This document shows, piece after piece, positions 48,836 to 58,897 of a stretch of DNA of 64,000 bases. Position 1 is the stretch's first letter. Each line of letters begins with the position of its first letter. Below the pieces are notes generated by a model. It was not told where the DNA came from, ran no database searches, and saw only the letters and a program-made list of their open reading frames with translations. The stretch spans positions 576,001 through 640,000 of the forward strand of contig JBMNIH010000004.1 in the NCBI GenBank assembly GCA_050950825.1, written 5' to 3'. This stretch comes from Clostridia bacterium. Its GTDB lineage: Bacteria > Bacillota > Clostridia > JAAYHZ01. The position numbers and the translations under genes are program-made.

Positions 48836-50695
48836 ATGAACAACGATTTTTTACCTGTAACAAAAGAAGATATGAAGGCTCGAGGGTGGGATTCTTGCGA
48901 TTTTGTCCTCATAACCGGAGACGCTTATGTAGACCACTCTTCCTTTGGTGCTGCCGTCATTTCAAGAGTTCTCGAATCGAAAGGATACAAGGTGGGAATT
49001 ATTCCGCAGCCGAACGTGAACAACCTTGATGATTTTCGAAGGTTAGGGGAGCCCAATTTGGCCTTCTTAGTGACATCCGGGAATATGGATTCCATGGTGA
49101 ATCACTATACTTCGGTAAAGAAAAGAAGAAAGCAAGACGCCTATTCCCCCGGAGGGAAGACCGGATATCGTCCGGACCGTGCCGTCATTGTTTATTGCAA
49201 TAAAATAAGGGAAGCTTTTAAAAACGCCTCCATATTAATCGGCGGTATTGAAAGCTCGTTAAGGAGATTTGCCCATTACGACTATTGGAGCGATACGGTA
49301 AGGCGATCGATATTGTTCGACTCGAAGGCCGATCTTTTGGCATACGGTATGGGGGAGTCCCATATCGTGGAGATTGCCGAAGCTTTACGCAACGGCATAA
49401 GTCTTAAGGATATCGCCCACGTGAGGGGAACCTGTTTTAAAATATCCTCGTTGGCGGGATTAGGAGATTATGTTTTGGTTCCCTCCTATGAAGAAGTAAA
49501 AAATGATAAAGCTTTATATGCGAAATGCTTTAAAATATTAAGTGAACAGCAAGATCCCTACAGGGGAAAGATCATCGTGCAGCCTCACGGCGACTCCTTT
49601 TTGGTTCAGAATCCTCCGGATTTTCCTTTAAATACGGAGCAAATGGACGCGGTATACGAGCTTCCGTATACGGGTACTTATCATCCCATGTACGAAAGCC
49701 AAGGGGGCATTCCGGCCTTGCAAGAAGTGAAGTTTTCCATTACTTCATCTAGGGGATGCTACGGAAGCTGTTCGTTCTGTGCATTGACATTTCACCAAGG
49801 ACGAATCGTTTCCGCCAGAAGCCACGAATCGGTGTTGAGGGAAGCGGAGAGGATGACGAAGGATCCGGACTTTAAAGGCTACATCCACGATGTAGGCGGT
49901 GCTACCGCCAATTTCAGAGGGCCGGCTTGCAAAAAACAAACAAAGTCGGGAACGTGTATCGACAAAAGCTGTTTGTATCCTACCGTATGCAAAGCTATAG
50001 ACCCGGATCATACGGACTATTTAATCCTTTTAAGAAAATTAAGGCAATTAAAGGGAGTAAAAAAAGTGTTTATTCGTTCCGGCATTCGGTACGATTTTGC
50101 TTTGGCGGATACCAAAAGCGGTTTCATCGACGAAATTGCCAAATACCACGTCAGCGGACAATTGAGAGTGGCTCCCGAGCATGTTTCTCCTAAGGTTTTG
50201 CAGTATATGAGAAAGCCCGATATCGGTGTTTTTAATCTGTTTATCGAACGATTCGCCATGGCTACAAAAAAAGCCGGGAAGGAACAATACGTGGTGCCCT
50301 ATTTTATCTCGTCTCATCCGGGATCCACCCTTGACGATGCCGTGATGCTGGCGGAATATATGAGAGACCACCGCATCTATGCGGAGCAGGTTCAAGATTT
50401 TTATCCTACTCCGGGTACCGTATCCACCGTAATGTACTATACGGGAATCGATCCTTACACAATGAAACCGGTGTATGTACCCAAAGGGGAAGAAAAGCGT
50501 ATGCAAAGAGCCCTTTTACAATATCGAGACAAACGAAATGAACGTCTTGTTCGAGAAGCCTTACTTGCCGCACATCGAGAGGATTTGATCGGGTACGGGA
50601 AAAAAGCTTTGGTTCCCCCGGAAAAACCGAAAAAGGAAAGGGAAGGACAACCGCGAAAAAGGAAAGGAGAAAGAGAAAATGGAAAAAGGAAATAA
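48836..50695 (+). CDS. ygiQ: YgiQ/UPF0313 radical SAM protein
   Basis: GDAYVDHSSFG, GNMDSMVNHY, RGCYGSCSFC, YFISSHPG, QVQDFYPTP. Confidence 0.92.
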   Translation: MNNDFLPVTKEDMKARGWDSCDFVLITGDAYVDHSSFGAAVISRVLESKGYKVGIIPQPNVNNLDDFRRLGEPNLAFLVTSGNMDSMVNHYTSVKKRRKQDAYSPGGKTGYRPDRAVIVYCNKIREAFKNASILIGGIESSLRRFAHYDYWSDTVRRSILFDSKADLLAYGMGESHIVEIAEALRNGISLKDIAHVRGTCFKISSLAGLGDYVLVPSYEEVKNDKALYAKCFKILSEQQDPYRGKIIVQPHGDSFLVQNPPDFPLNTEQMDAVYELPYTGTYHPMYESQGGIPALQEVKFSITSSRGCYGSCSFCALTFHQGRIVSARSHESVLREAERMTKDPDFKGYIHDVGGATANFRGPACKKQTKSGTCIDKSCLYPTVCKAIDPDHTDYLILLRKLRQLKGVKKVFIRSGIRYDFALADTKSGFIDEIAKYHVSGQLRVAPEHVSPKVLQYMRKPDIGVFNLFIERFAMATKKAGKEQYVVPYFISSHPGSTLDDAVMLAEYMRDHRIYAEQVQDFYPTPGTVSTVMYYTGIDPYTMKPVYVPKGEEKRMQRALLQYRDKRNERLVREALLAAHREDLIGYGKKALVPPEKPKKEREGQPRKRKGERENGKRK

Positions 50696-50699
50696 AATC

Positions 50700-51785
50700 A
50701 TGACGTCAAGAGAACGGGTTATAGAGACCTTTAAACACGGCAATCCCGACCGAGTTCCCATTGATTATCATGCCAATCCGGGCATCGATTACAGGTTAAA
50801 AAAATACTTCGGGTTGGACAAGAATGACGGTGAGGGATTAAGAAAAGCCTTGGGCGTCGATTTTAAAGGGGTTTCTCCCGTGTATAAGGGTCCGGTTCTG
50901 CATCCGCCGATAAAAGACCGAAGAGTGGACCCGCAATGGGGATGGGTTACTCGGTACGTGGAACACGCTACCGGGTCGTATTGGGATTATTGCGATTTTC
51001 CTTTGCAAAATGCGGATTTGGACCAAGTGGAAAAGTGGCCTATGCCTTCCGTAGAGGACTATGATTTTTCTCATATCAAAGAGTTTTGCAAAAAGAATCG
51101 GGATTTTGCTTTGTATGTAGGAAACGCCGGAGTAGGGGATTGTGTCAACACGGTGAGTTTTTGGACCGGATATACGGAAGCGCTGATCGGCTTTGCTACC
51201 GAAGATCCTGCAATTTTGCGATTGATTGACCGAAGACACGAAATCCAATACGAATTGGTGAAAAGAACCTTGGAAGAAGCCGAGGGGATGATAACCTTTT
51301 TATGGCTGGGTGAAGATTTAGGCGCCCAAGATCGGCCTTTATACGGCATCGACATGTTTCGTAAGCATATACGGCCTCGCTTGCAAAGGTTTGTTGATTT
51401 GGCCAAAGAATTCGGTGTCTATACCATGATTCATAGCTGCGGGTCCAGCAGTTGGGCTTTTCCCGACTTTATCGAAATGGAGATTGATGCGGTGGATACT
51501 CTACAGCCGGAAGCATTAAACATGTCTCCGGAGTACTTGGTTCGGAATTTCGGAGAGCAGTTGTCTTTCCACGGTTGTATTTCGACGGCGGGACCGGTGG
51601 CGACCGGTACTCCCGAAGAAGTCATTGCCGATTGTACCCGCATATTAAATGTGATGATGAAGACAAGAGGGTATTTTTTCTCACCCACCCATTCCTTGCA
51701 GGATAATTCGCCGGTGGAAAACGTCATTGCCATGTACCAAACGGCTCATGAAAAGGGTCGGTACGACAGAGAAGAAGGAGAATAA
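50700..51785 (+). CDS. URO-D/MtaA-like methyltransferase superfamily protein
   Basis: MTSRERV..PDRVP, GEDLG, HSCG, HGCIS and FSPTH motifs. Confidence 0.82.
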   Translation: MTSRERVIETFKHGNPDRVPIDYHANPGIDYRLKKYFGLDKNDGEGLRKALGVDFKGVSPVYKGPVLHPPIKDRRVDPQWGWVTRYVEHATGSYWDYCDFPLQNADLDQVEKWPMPSVEDYDFSHIKEFCKKNRDFALYVGNAGVGDCVNTVSFWTGYTEALIGFATEDPAILRLIDRRHEIQYELVKRTLEEAEGMITFLWLGEDLGAQDRPLYGIDMFRKHIRPRLQRFVDLAKEFGVYTMIHSCGSSSWAFPDFIEMEIDAVDTLQPEALNMSPEYLVRNFGEQLSFHGCISTAGPVATGTPEEVIADCTRILNVMMKTRGYFFSPTHSLQDNSPVENVIAMYQTAHEKGRYDREEGE

Positions 51786-51790
51786 CAAAT

Positions 51791-52618
51791 ATGAGAGCGA
51801 GCTACCATACGCACAGTCGTTACTGCGACGGAAAAGGGAATTTGGAAGACTACGTTCAAAGAGCCCTTGAATTAAAATGGAAGGTCTTGGGCTTTTCCGC
51901 TCATGCTCCGTTGCCTTTTGAAACGGAATGGACGTTAAAAAAGGAAGACCTGCCCTTGTATTTGAAAGAAGCTTTTATGCTTAAAGAAAAGTACAAAAAC
52001 GAAATACAGCTTTATGTAGGGCTTGAGACCGATTATATTAAAGACACGGATATCAATATTCCGGAGGGCTTGGACTATTATTTGTTTTCCGTTCACTACG
52101 TACGAACCGAAAAAAATGACAGGCTTATCCCGGTGGACGGTCCTTTCGACATGGTGGAAAAAGGCATACAAGAATGCTATGACGGAGACGGAAAAGCGTA
52201 TACCGTTGATTACTATTCCCAATACCGAGAAATGATCCGTAACAAAAGGCCGGTTTTGTCGGGCCATTTGGATCTATTAAAGAAGAACAATAAAAACAAC
52301 TTCATATTTAACGAGCAAGAATCCTGGTACAAGGATGAAGTGGAAAAAACTTTGAAAACGGTAAAAGAATTCGGCTGCATTTTGGAAATCAACACCGGAG
52401 GCTTGTCCCGAAAGTATACGGATACGGCATACCCATCCCCTTGGATTATTGAAATCATGAAGGAAATGGAAATTCCCATAGTTTTAAATTCCGATGCCCA
52501 TAATCCTTTGTGGCTGGATACCGCCTACGGTGAAACGGAAGAGCTGTTAAAAAAGATCGGCTACAAAACCCAACGGGCTTTGTACGACGGAATTTGGCAA
52601 GACGTCCCCATAGGATAA
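51791..52618 (+). CDS. PHP-family histidinol-phosphatase (HisJ/HisK type)
   Basis: YHTHSRYCDG, GFSAH, SVHY, GHLDL, EINTGG and NSDAH motifs. Confidence 0.85.
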   Translation: MRASYHTHSRYCDGKGNLEDYVQRALELKWKVLGFSAHAPLPFETEWTLKKEDLPLYLKEAFMLKEKYKNEIQLYVGLETDYIKDTDINIPEGLDYYLFSVHYVRTEKNDRLIPVDGPFDMVEKGIQECYDGDGKAYTVDYYSQYREMIRNKRPVLSGHLDLLKKNNKNNFIFNEQESWYKDEVEKTLKTVKEFGCILEINTGGLSRKYTDTAYPSPWIIEIMKEMEIPIVLNSDAHNPLWLDTAYGETEELLKKIGYKTQRALYDGIWQDVPIG

Positions 52619-52637
52619 CGGAACAGGCGGTGAAAGT

Positions 52638-53183
52638 ATGAAATATTACAAGACGGCGATGATTCGCCCGGATTTGCAATGGATACCCGGATACTCGCTT
52701 CCGGATGGATACAAGCTTCAATTATTTCAGGAAAAGGACGAGATCCGTTGGGCTCAAATCGTGTGTGCGGCGGGAGAATTTCCGAGTGTTGACGATGCTT
52801 TGAAGCACTTTGAAAACGAATTTTCACCCTATACGGAGGAAATGAAAAAAAGATGTGTTTTCTTGACAAGTCCGGATAACGAGTACATAGGAACGACCAC
52901 GGCTTGGTACGGGGACTTTCAGGGAGAGAGAATGGGAAGAATCCATTGGGTTGCCATAAAACCCGAATACCAAGGAAGAGGATTGGCAAAGCCCATGCTG
53001 TCTTATGCTCTTTCCGTTTTGGCGCAATACCACGATCGCGCGTATTTGACCACCCAAACCGTGTCTTGGAAAGCCGTCAACATGTATTTAAGCTTCGGTT
53101 TCCGACCCGTAAAGCGAAGCGACGATGACGAAGACTTTGACACCGCATGGGCTCTTATTTATGAGCAATTAAAATTGAAGTAA
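52638..53183 (+). CDS. GNAT N-acetyltransferase
   Basis: IHWVAIKPEYQGRGLAK and AVNMYLSFGF. Confidence 0.88.
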   Translation: MKYYKTAMIRPDLQWIPGYSLPDGYKLQLFQEKDEIRWAQIVCAAGEFPSVDDALKHFENEFSPYTEEMKKRCVFLTSPDNEYIGTTTAWYGDFQGERMGRIHWVAIKPEYQGRGLAKPMLSYALSVLAQYHDRAYLTTQTVSWKAVNMYLSFGFRPVKRSDDDEDFDTAWALIYEQLKLK

Positions 53184-53233
53184 AATTGTTATTTATCTAT
53201 TAACCGATTTTACAGAGGGAGGTACAAAAAGAA

Positions 53234-53740
53234 GTGAAAAGATACATTCAAATATTGATCCCGATCCTATTGACGGTTTTGCTTTTCAGTGCATGCAAAA
53301 AGACGGATTCTTTCAGTGAAGCGGACTTGGAGTTTACGGTAAACGGCAAAGTATTTACGTTAGATTCCGACGCGGCATTGCTGCTGGAGGAATTAGGGGA
53401 ACCCGAAGAAGTTCAAGAAGCACCCAGCTGCTTATACGAAGGCATGGACAAGGTCTATACTTACAAAGGCGTAGAAATCTATACCTACCCTTATGAAGGA
53501 AAGGATTTGATCGATGAAATTTTTATCACCGATTCCGCTTATGAAACCAAAAGAGGTATCAAGGTAGGGGACACAAAGGAAGACTTAATCAAAGCCTACG
53601 GAGAAGATTATGTGGACGAAGGGGGTATTTATCGTTACGCACTGAAAAAAGGAGATTTGGACAGTCCCTGCATTTACTTTACCATTGATAACGATATAAT
53701 CACCGGCATCAGCTTATACAGCGCAAGCAACATATCTTGA
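53234..53740 (+). CDS. Lipoprotein of unknown function
   Basis: Lipobox LFSAC; TKRGIKVGDT..LIKAYG. Confidence 0.75.
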   Translation: MKRYIQILIPILLTVLLFSACKKTDSFSEADLEFTVNGKVFTLDSDAALLLEELGEPEEVQEAPSCLYEGMDKVYTYKGVEIYTYPYEGKDLIDEIFITDSAYETKRGIKVGDTKEDLIKAYGEDYVDEGGIYRYALKKGDLDSPCIYFTIDNDIITGISLYSASNIS

Positions 53741-53776
53741 TGAAAGCATGAAAATCGGGGTAACAGGAGAGAACCT

Positions 53777-55186
53777 ATGGTATTTAGCTCCACGGTATTT
53801 TTATTCATTTTTCTGCCTTTGACTTTTTTCTTAAATCTGATCTTGCCTGAGAAATACAGGAACGGAATGCTCCTGTTTTTCAGCTTGCTTTTTTATGCGT
53901 GGGGAGAACCCGTTTTCGTTTTGATTATGCTCTTTTCCATAACCGTGAACTACGGAATCGGTGTCGCCATGGCTAAAGGAAATCCGAAAAGGCGGAAAGC
54001 TTGGCTTGTTACCGCGGTTGTCGCCAATTTGGCCTTGTTATTTGTATTCAAATACACGAACTTTTTTGTACGAAACCTCAATTCCTTTTTCCACTTAAAC
54101 ATCCGCATACCCGAAATTCCCCTGCCCATCGGTATTTCCTTTTTTACCTTTCAAGCCATGTCTTATGTCATAGACATATACAAAGGAACGGTGAAGGCGG
54201 AGCAAAAATTCCTGAACACCGCTTTATACATTTCCCTATTCCCGCAGCTGATCGCAGGCCCCATTGTAAAATACAACGATATTCAAGAGCAACTGGAGAA
54301 ACGAGAAATCTCGGCACGGAAAATCAAGGAAGGCATACGGCGGTTTATTGTTGGTTTAGGCAAAAAGCTACTCATTGCCAACTTGATAGGAAAGACGGCG
54401 GATGCCGTATTTTCCATGGACCCCAATTCATTAAATGTTGTTTTGGCATGGGTGGGTGCCGTCGCTTACTGTATCCAGATCTATTTCGATTTTTCCGGAT
54501 ATTCCGACATGGCCATCGGTTTGGGAAAGATGTTCGGGTTCGACTTTAAAGAAAACTTCAATTACCCGTATACGGCAACGAGCATCACCGATTTTTGGAG
54601 ACGCTGGCATATTTCTTTAACCTCTTGGTTTCGTGAATATTTGTATATTCCCTTAGGAGGAAATCGAAAAGGGGACAAAAGGACTCTTTTGAATATATTC
54701 ATCGTGTACCTATGTACCGGCTTTTGGCACGGAGCGGAATGGACCTTTTTGGTATGGGGAATTTTCCATGCCTTCTTTATGATTTTGGAAAGGGCTAAAA
54801 TTATCCAAACGGAAAAGTTTAAGTATCGTTGGCTCGCAAGACTCTATGTGCTTCTTGTCGTCTTGACGGGATTTGTCATGTTCCGAGCCGAAAACCTTAC
54901 CCAAGGAGTGAAAATCATCGGGAAGCTTTTTACCGGGTTTTCTTTTCAGCCGGGTTGGCACGTCATGCTGTACGACTTTTTGTCTCCGCTAACCGTTCTT
55001 GTGTTTTTCTTATCCTTTATTGCGGCGACTCCCGTTTTAACGAACCTTTTGAAGGACTTTACAGAAAAGCTTACCGAGCCCAAAGCGGAGGGCATACGAA
55101 ACATTTTATCCATAGCCTTGTTTTTGCTTTGCATCATGGCGATTTCCACCGAGACGTACAACCCGTTTATCTATTTCAGGTTTTAG
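53777..55186 (+). CDS. MBOAT O-acyltransferase (AlgI/PatA-like)
   Basis: LPIGISFFTFQ, FPQLIAGPI, DFSGYSDMAIG, FWRRWHISL, GFWHGA, FIYFRF. Confidence 0.93.
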   Translation: MVFSSTVFLFIFLPLTFFLNLILPEKYRNGMLLFFSLLFYAWGEPVFVLIMLFSITVNYGIGVAMAKGNPKRRKAWLVTAVVANLALLFVFKYTNFFVRNLNSFFHLNIRIPEIPLPIGISFFTFQAMSYVIDIYKGTVKAEQKFLNTALYISLFPQLIAGPIVKYNDIQEQLEKREISARKIKEGIRRFIVGLGKKLLIANLIGKTADAVFSMDPNSLNVVLAWVGAVAYCIQIYFDFSGYSDMAIGLGKMFGFDFKENFNYPYTATSITDFWRRWHISLTSWFREYLYIPLGGNRKGDKRTLLNIFIVYLCTGFWHGAEWTFLVWGIFHAFFMILERAKIIQTEKFKYRWLARLYVLLVVLTGFVMFRAENLTQGVKIIGKLFTGFSFQPGWHVMLYDFLSPLTVLVFFLSFIAATPVLTNLLKDFTEKLTEPKAEGIRNILSIALFLLCIMAISTETYNPFIYFRF

Positions 55187-55196
55187 GAGGTTATGC

Positions 55197-56633
55197 GTGA
55201 ATAAAAAGAGAGATCTGTTCTATATCATTCTTTTCTTTTTAATAGTATCCCTGCCCGTTTTAAGCATGGCGGCGGGTATCAAAATCAAAAGCAGCGAAAA
55301 CAGACAGCTGTCTTCCATGCCTGAATGGATTAAGGACGGAAAATGGAACGTGAATTTTACCGGGGAATTCGATACCTATTTTTCCGAAAATTTCGGCTTA
55401 CGCCCTTTGTATATATCCGCTTACGCAGGACTTAATTATTATCTTTTGGGCCATTCGGTCAACGAGCAAGTGATACCCGGCAAAAACGGGTGGCTGTATT
55501 TTGACAAAACGGTCCCGGATTACACCGGGGAAACCTTATGGACCGAATATGAAATCGAAAAACTGGTTCGCATCCTTCAAATACAAAAGGATTGGTTGGC
55601 GGAAAAAGGAATCGACTTCATTTTTATGCCGGTTCCTAACAAAAACACCGTTTACCCGGAATATATGCCGAAGCGTTACGGCGAGAAGAAAGCGAAAAAC
55701 TTGGAGCTGTTAAGAGCCGCTTTCGAAACATCGGATATCCTTTATATCGATCTTTTGACCTTGTTTGAAAAAGAAAACACTACGCTCTACCAAAAGAAGG
55801 ACACCCACTGGAACGGCTACGGTGCCGTTTTGGCTTTGGAAGAAATTCTGAAGGCCGTAAACGAAGACAATCAAGACGATAAGATCAACCAAACGATTCG
55901 AAGCTTGGCGGATAGCCGACAAGCCATCCTTTCGAAGAATGAAAAAAGAGATTTTGAAGAATTCTCCCTGTTGGCTTATCGAAAAATTCGAACCGGGGAT
56001 TTGGGCCGCATGTTAATCCCGGCCTACGGAATGGCCGAAACGTCTTTGGTCATCGAAACGAAGGGCAATTACAAAACCTTAAGCCGGATGCGGTCTTTTG
56101 AGGATTTGACCATCGAAACGGAATCGGCAGGTTTTGATAAAAAGCTTCTGATGTTCCGGGATTCCTTTGCCAATATTCTCATCCCTCTTGTATCCGAAGC
56201 TTTCGAGTACTGCTGTTATTCTCGAAGCATTCCTTACGATTACAGAATAACGAAAGAAAAGGAATTTGATGTTGTGGTGGCTCAAATTGTGGAAAGAAAC
56301 TTAAAAGACCTTTTGGAAAACGCGCCCATTATGCCGGCTCGACCGGTGCAAAAGAATCCTTCCGGTCTATCGGAGGTACCGGGACAAAATCAAGATATCC
56401 GGATCGATCGACAATACGGACTTACGAGAATAAGCGGATTTTTGCCGAACCTTCACGTTAGCGAAATTTACGTATTCGTCGGCGAAGACCTATATCCCGC
56501 ATTTCCCGTACCGGCGAACGACCTTCAAGAGCCATACCAAAACCGGGAAGGCACGGGCTTTACCATGTTTCTTGATACGGAGGCTTCCGATATAGACTCC
56601 GTGCAGGTATTTTACCGAAATCGAGGGGAATAA
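55197..56633 (+). CDS. AlgX/AlgJ-like SGNH O-acetyltransferase partner
   Basis: ENR, GKNGWLY, VPNK..VYPE, DTHWN, GDL, RDSFAN and VER motifs. Confidence 0.85.
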   Translation: MNKKRDLFYIILFFLIVSLPVLSMAAGIKIKSSENRQLSSMPEWIKDGKWNVNFTGEFDTYFSENFGLRPLYISAYAGLNYYLLGHSVNEQVIPGKNGWLYFDKTVPDYTGETLWTEYEIEKLVRILQIQKDWLAEKGIDFIFMPVPNKNTVYPEYMPKRYGEKKAKNLELLRAAFETSDILYIDLLTLFEKENTTLYQKKDTHWNGYGAVLALEEILKAVNEDNQDDKINQTIRSLADSRQAILSKNEKRDFEEFSLLAYRKIRTGDLGRMLIPAYGMAETSLVIETKGNYKTLSRMRSFEDLTIETESAGFDKKLLMFRDSFANILIPLVSEAFEYCCYSRSIPYDYRITKEKEFDVVVAQIVERNLKDLLENAPIMPARPVQKNPSGLSEVPGQNQDIRIDRQYGLTRISGFLPNLHVSEIYVFVGEDLYPAFPVPANDLQEPYQNREGTGFTMFLDTEASDIDSVQVFYRNRGE

Positions 56634-56706
56634 GGCCGAGAACGAATTTGACGGCAGACGGCTAAGACAAATAAGATAGTGACAGTCAAAAGAGGAATGT
56701 TAGGAG

Positions 56707-58890
56707 TTGATCTTTTTGAAAAGGTATCGACAGTTTGCATGGATTCTTGTAATCAGTCTTTTGTGTTCGACTCTTTCTTTTTTTACGGTACAGGCACAAG
56801 AAGTTCAGGTTTGGACGGAAAGCTCGTATATCAACGTTTTTCGCGATGATCGGAAGTCGGATAAAAGCGGTTCGTCCATTGATCTTGTGATGGCGAAAAA
56901 CGAGTTCGAGTCGGCTCAAATTTGCATTCGTATGCCCGTAGATTTTACCATTTTGGAAGTTACGGCAACGGATCTTCGATGCGGCAGCGAAATTCTAAAG
57001 AAAGAAAATATTACGTATAACTTTGTCGAATATTTTTATTTCGGCAAAAACACGGAAAGCTTGAACAAAATGACCGCCGTAAGATTTGGACAGGATTATT
57101 ATCCCGATGCTTTGTCCAATGAATTGTCCGTCAAGGTAAAAAAAGATACGACCCAACCGATTTGGATTACCGTATACACTCCGAAAGAGACGGTGAAGGG
57201 GCTCTACAAAGGAGAAATCGTAGTAAAGACCACCCAAGGAGACTACACCGTGGATTTGTCCGTTGAAGTCAACGACACGGTCATCCCGGATCCGGACCAA
57301 GCTGCATACGAGATCCTGATGTGGCAGCTGATTATCGGGTCCGGCTTCGGAAAAACGACGGCGGACTCCCATACAAACGACCCCATCGTTCGGAACTACA
57401 AGTTCGAAAGATGGACACCCCGGTGGTGGGAATTGGTGGAGGATATCGCGCTGAAGATGAAAAGCCATCGTCTCAATGTTCTGTTCGTTCAAACCGTACA
57501 GCTTTTAATAGACGGCGGAAGCACATTGGACGAAGACGGCAAGTATCATTTTAATTGGTCGAAATTTGACGAGTACATCGAATTCTTCATGGAAAAAGGC
57601 GGGGTAAAAAGTCTGGCAGGATATATGATGACCACCGCCGGTTCCCAAGTAAACGTAATCCTAAGAAACGGAAACGGGGTGTCGATAACGGATTCCGTAT
57701 CCATTCAATCCAAAGAAGCGGACAATTGGTTTGTGCAATATATTCCCGCTCTGTACGAGCATCTTAAGGAAAAAGGTTGGCTTCATATCTGGGTTCAAAA
57801 CTTAAGGGACGAGCCTTCGAATGGAGAAGACCGAGCGGATTATGCAAAATTAATGGAATATATGAGGACGTATGCTCCGGACATGAAAACGGGAGATCCT
57901 CACACCACCATGACCGCAGGAAGTTTTTTAATATCCGAAGATGTGGATATACTGATTCCTCTTTTGAATTTATACGACGAAAACAAAAGCATATATAAAA
58001 AAGCCTTAACCGGTGACAAAAAGCTTTGGACCTATACTTGCGTCGTACCGGGCGGTAATTATTTAAATCGCTTTATTGACAAGCCGGTTTGGCAGGGGCG
58101 CTCCATTGCATGGTTCAATTATGCCAACGATGCCGTCGGGTATTTGCACTGGGGACTGATGGCATGGTACCGTCCGATTACCGACTTTGCCAACGGAGAC
58201 ACCTCTTCTATCTTCCCTGATTCGAAGAACAATAAAGTGAAAACATCCATTCGCCTTGCGGCTTTAAGAGACGGGGCGGAAGATTACGAGCTTTTAAAGA
58301 TATTGGAAAAATCCGATAAAGAAACGGCGAAAGAGCTGGCGCAAAGGATCGCTTCTAAAGGGAACATGTATAATAAATCTCCTGAAGAGATGATCAAGAT
58401 TCGAAATATGCTTGTTCGTGCCGCCGCCTCCGTTCCGGATGCGATTCCTGCCATGAAGTCCATTGAACTGAGCTCTTACGAGCTGACCCTTGCCGTAGGA
58501 GACGTACATCGAATCGAGTACAAGGTTTTTCCCGAGGACACCTTCTTTTCCGATATTCAAATGGAAACGGACAATACGGAGGTTATAAAGCTTTGGGACA
58601 CCGGCCATGTGGAGGCTTTAAAAGAGGGGAAGGCCGTTGTTGTGTTTTCCGGCAAAAAGAATCCGGATGTAAAAGCGGTATGTCATGTAACGGTTGTCGA
58701 AAGACGGGAAGAAACGGAAGAAGAGCCGAAAGAAGAAACAAGCATTGAAGCACCCGTTTCGGAAGAAACGGAGCCTACACAAGAAGAGGGAAAACAAAAA
58801 AGCAACGGCATTTTCGTTTTGGCCGTTGCCGCTGCCTTCGCTTTCGGAGGACTCATTATTGCCGTCCTATCGAAAAGAAAAGGATCCTAA
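56707..58890 (+). CDS. Membrane-anchored DUF4091/GH123-like glycoside hydrolase with Ig-like domain
   Basis: Signal peptide, NEFESAQ, PDAL, DEP, WTYTC, GYLHWG, SIRL..LRDG.EDYE; Big_2-like domain; C-terminal TM plus basic tail. Confidence 0.75.
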   Translation: MIFLKRYRQFAWILVISLLCSTLSFFTVQAQEVQVWTESSYINVFRDDRKSDKSGSSIDLVMAKNEFESAQICIRMPVDFTILEVTATDLRCGSEILKKENITYNFVEYFYFGKNTESLNKMTAVRFGQDYYPDALSNELSVKVKKDTTQPIWITVYTPKETVKGLYKGEIVVKTTQGDYTVDLSVEVNDTVIPDPDQAAYEILMWQLIIGSGFGKTTADSHTNDPIVRNYKFERWTPRWWELVEDIALKMKSHRLNVLFVQTVQLLIDGGSTLDEDGKYHFNWSKFDEYIEFFMEKGGVKSLAGYMMTTAGSQVNVILRNGNGVSITDSVSIQSKEADNWFVQYIPALYEHLKEKGWLHIWVQNLRDEPSNGEDRADYAKLMEYMRTYAPDMKTGDPHTTMTAGSFLISEDVDILIPLLNLYDENKSIYKKALTGDKKLWTYTCVVPGGNYLNRFIDKPVWQGRSIAWFNYANDAVGYLHWGLMAWYRPITDFANGDTSSIFPDSKNNKVKTSIRLAALRDGAEDYELLKILEKSDKETAKELAQRIASKGNMYNKSPEEMIKIRNMLVRAAASVPDAIPAMKSIELSSYELTLAVGDVHRIEYKVFPEDTFFSDIQMETDNTEVIKLWDTGHVEALKEGKAVVVFSGKKNPDVKAVCHVTVVERREETEEEPKEETSIEAPVSEETEPTQEEGKQKSNGIFVLAVAAAFAFGGLIIAVLSKRKGS

Positions 58891-58897
58891 GCTTTAA

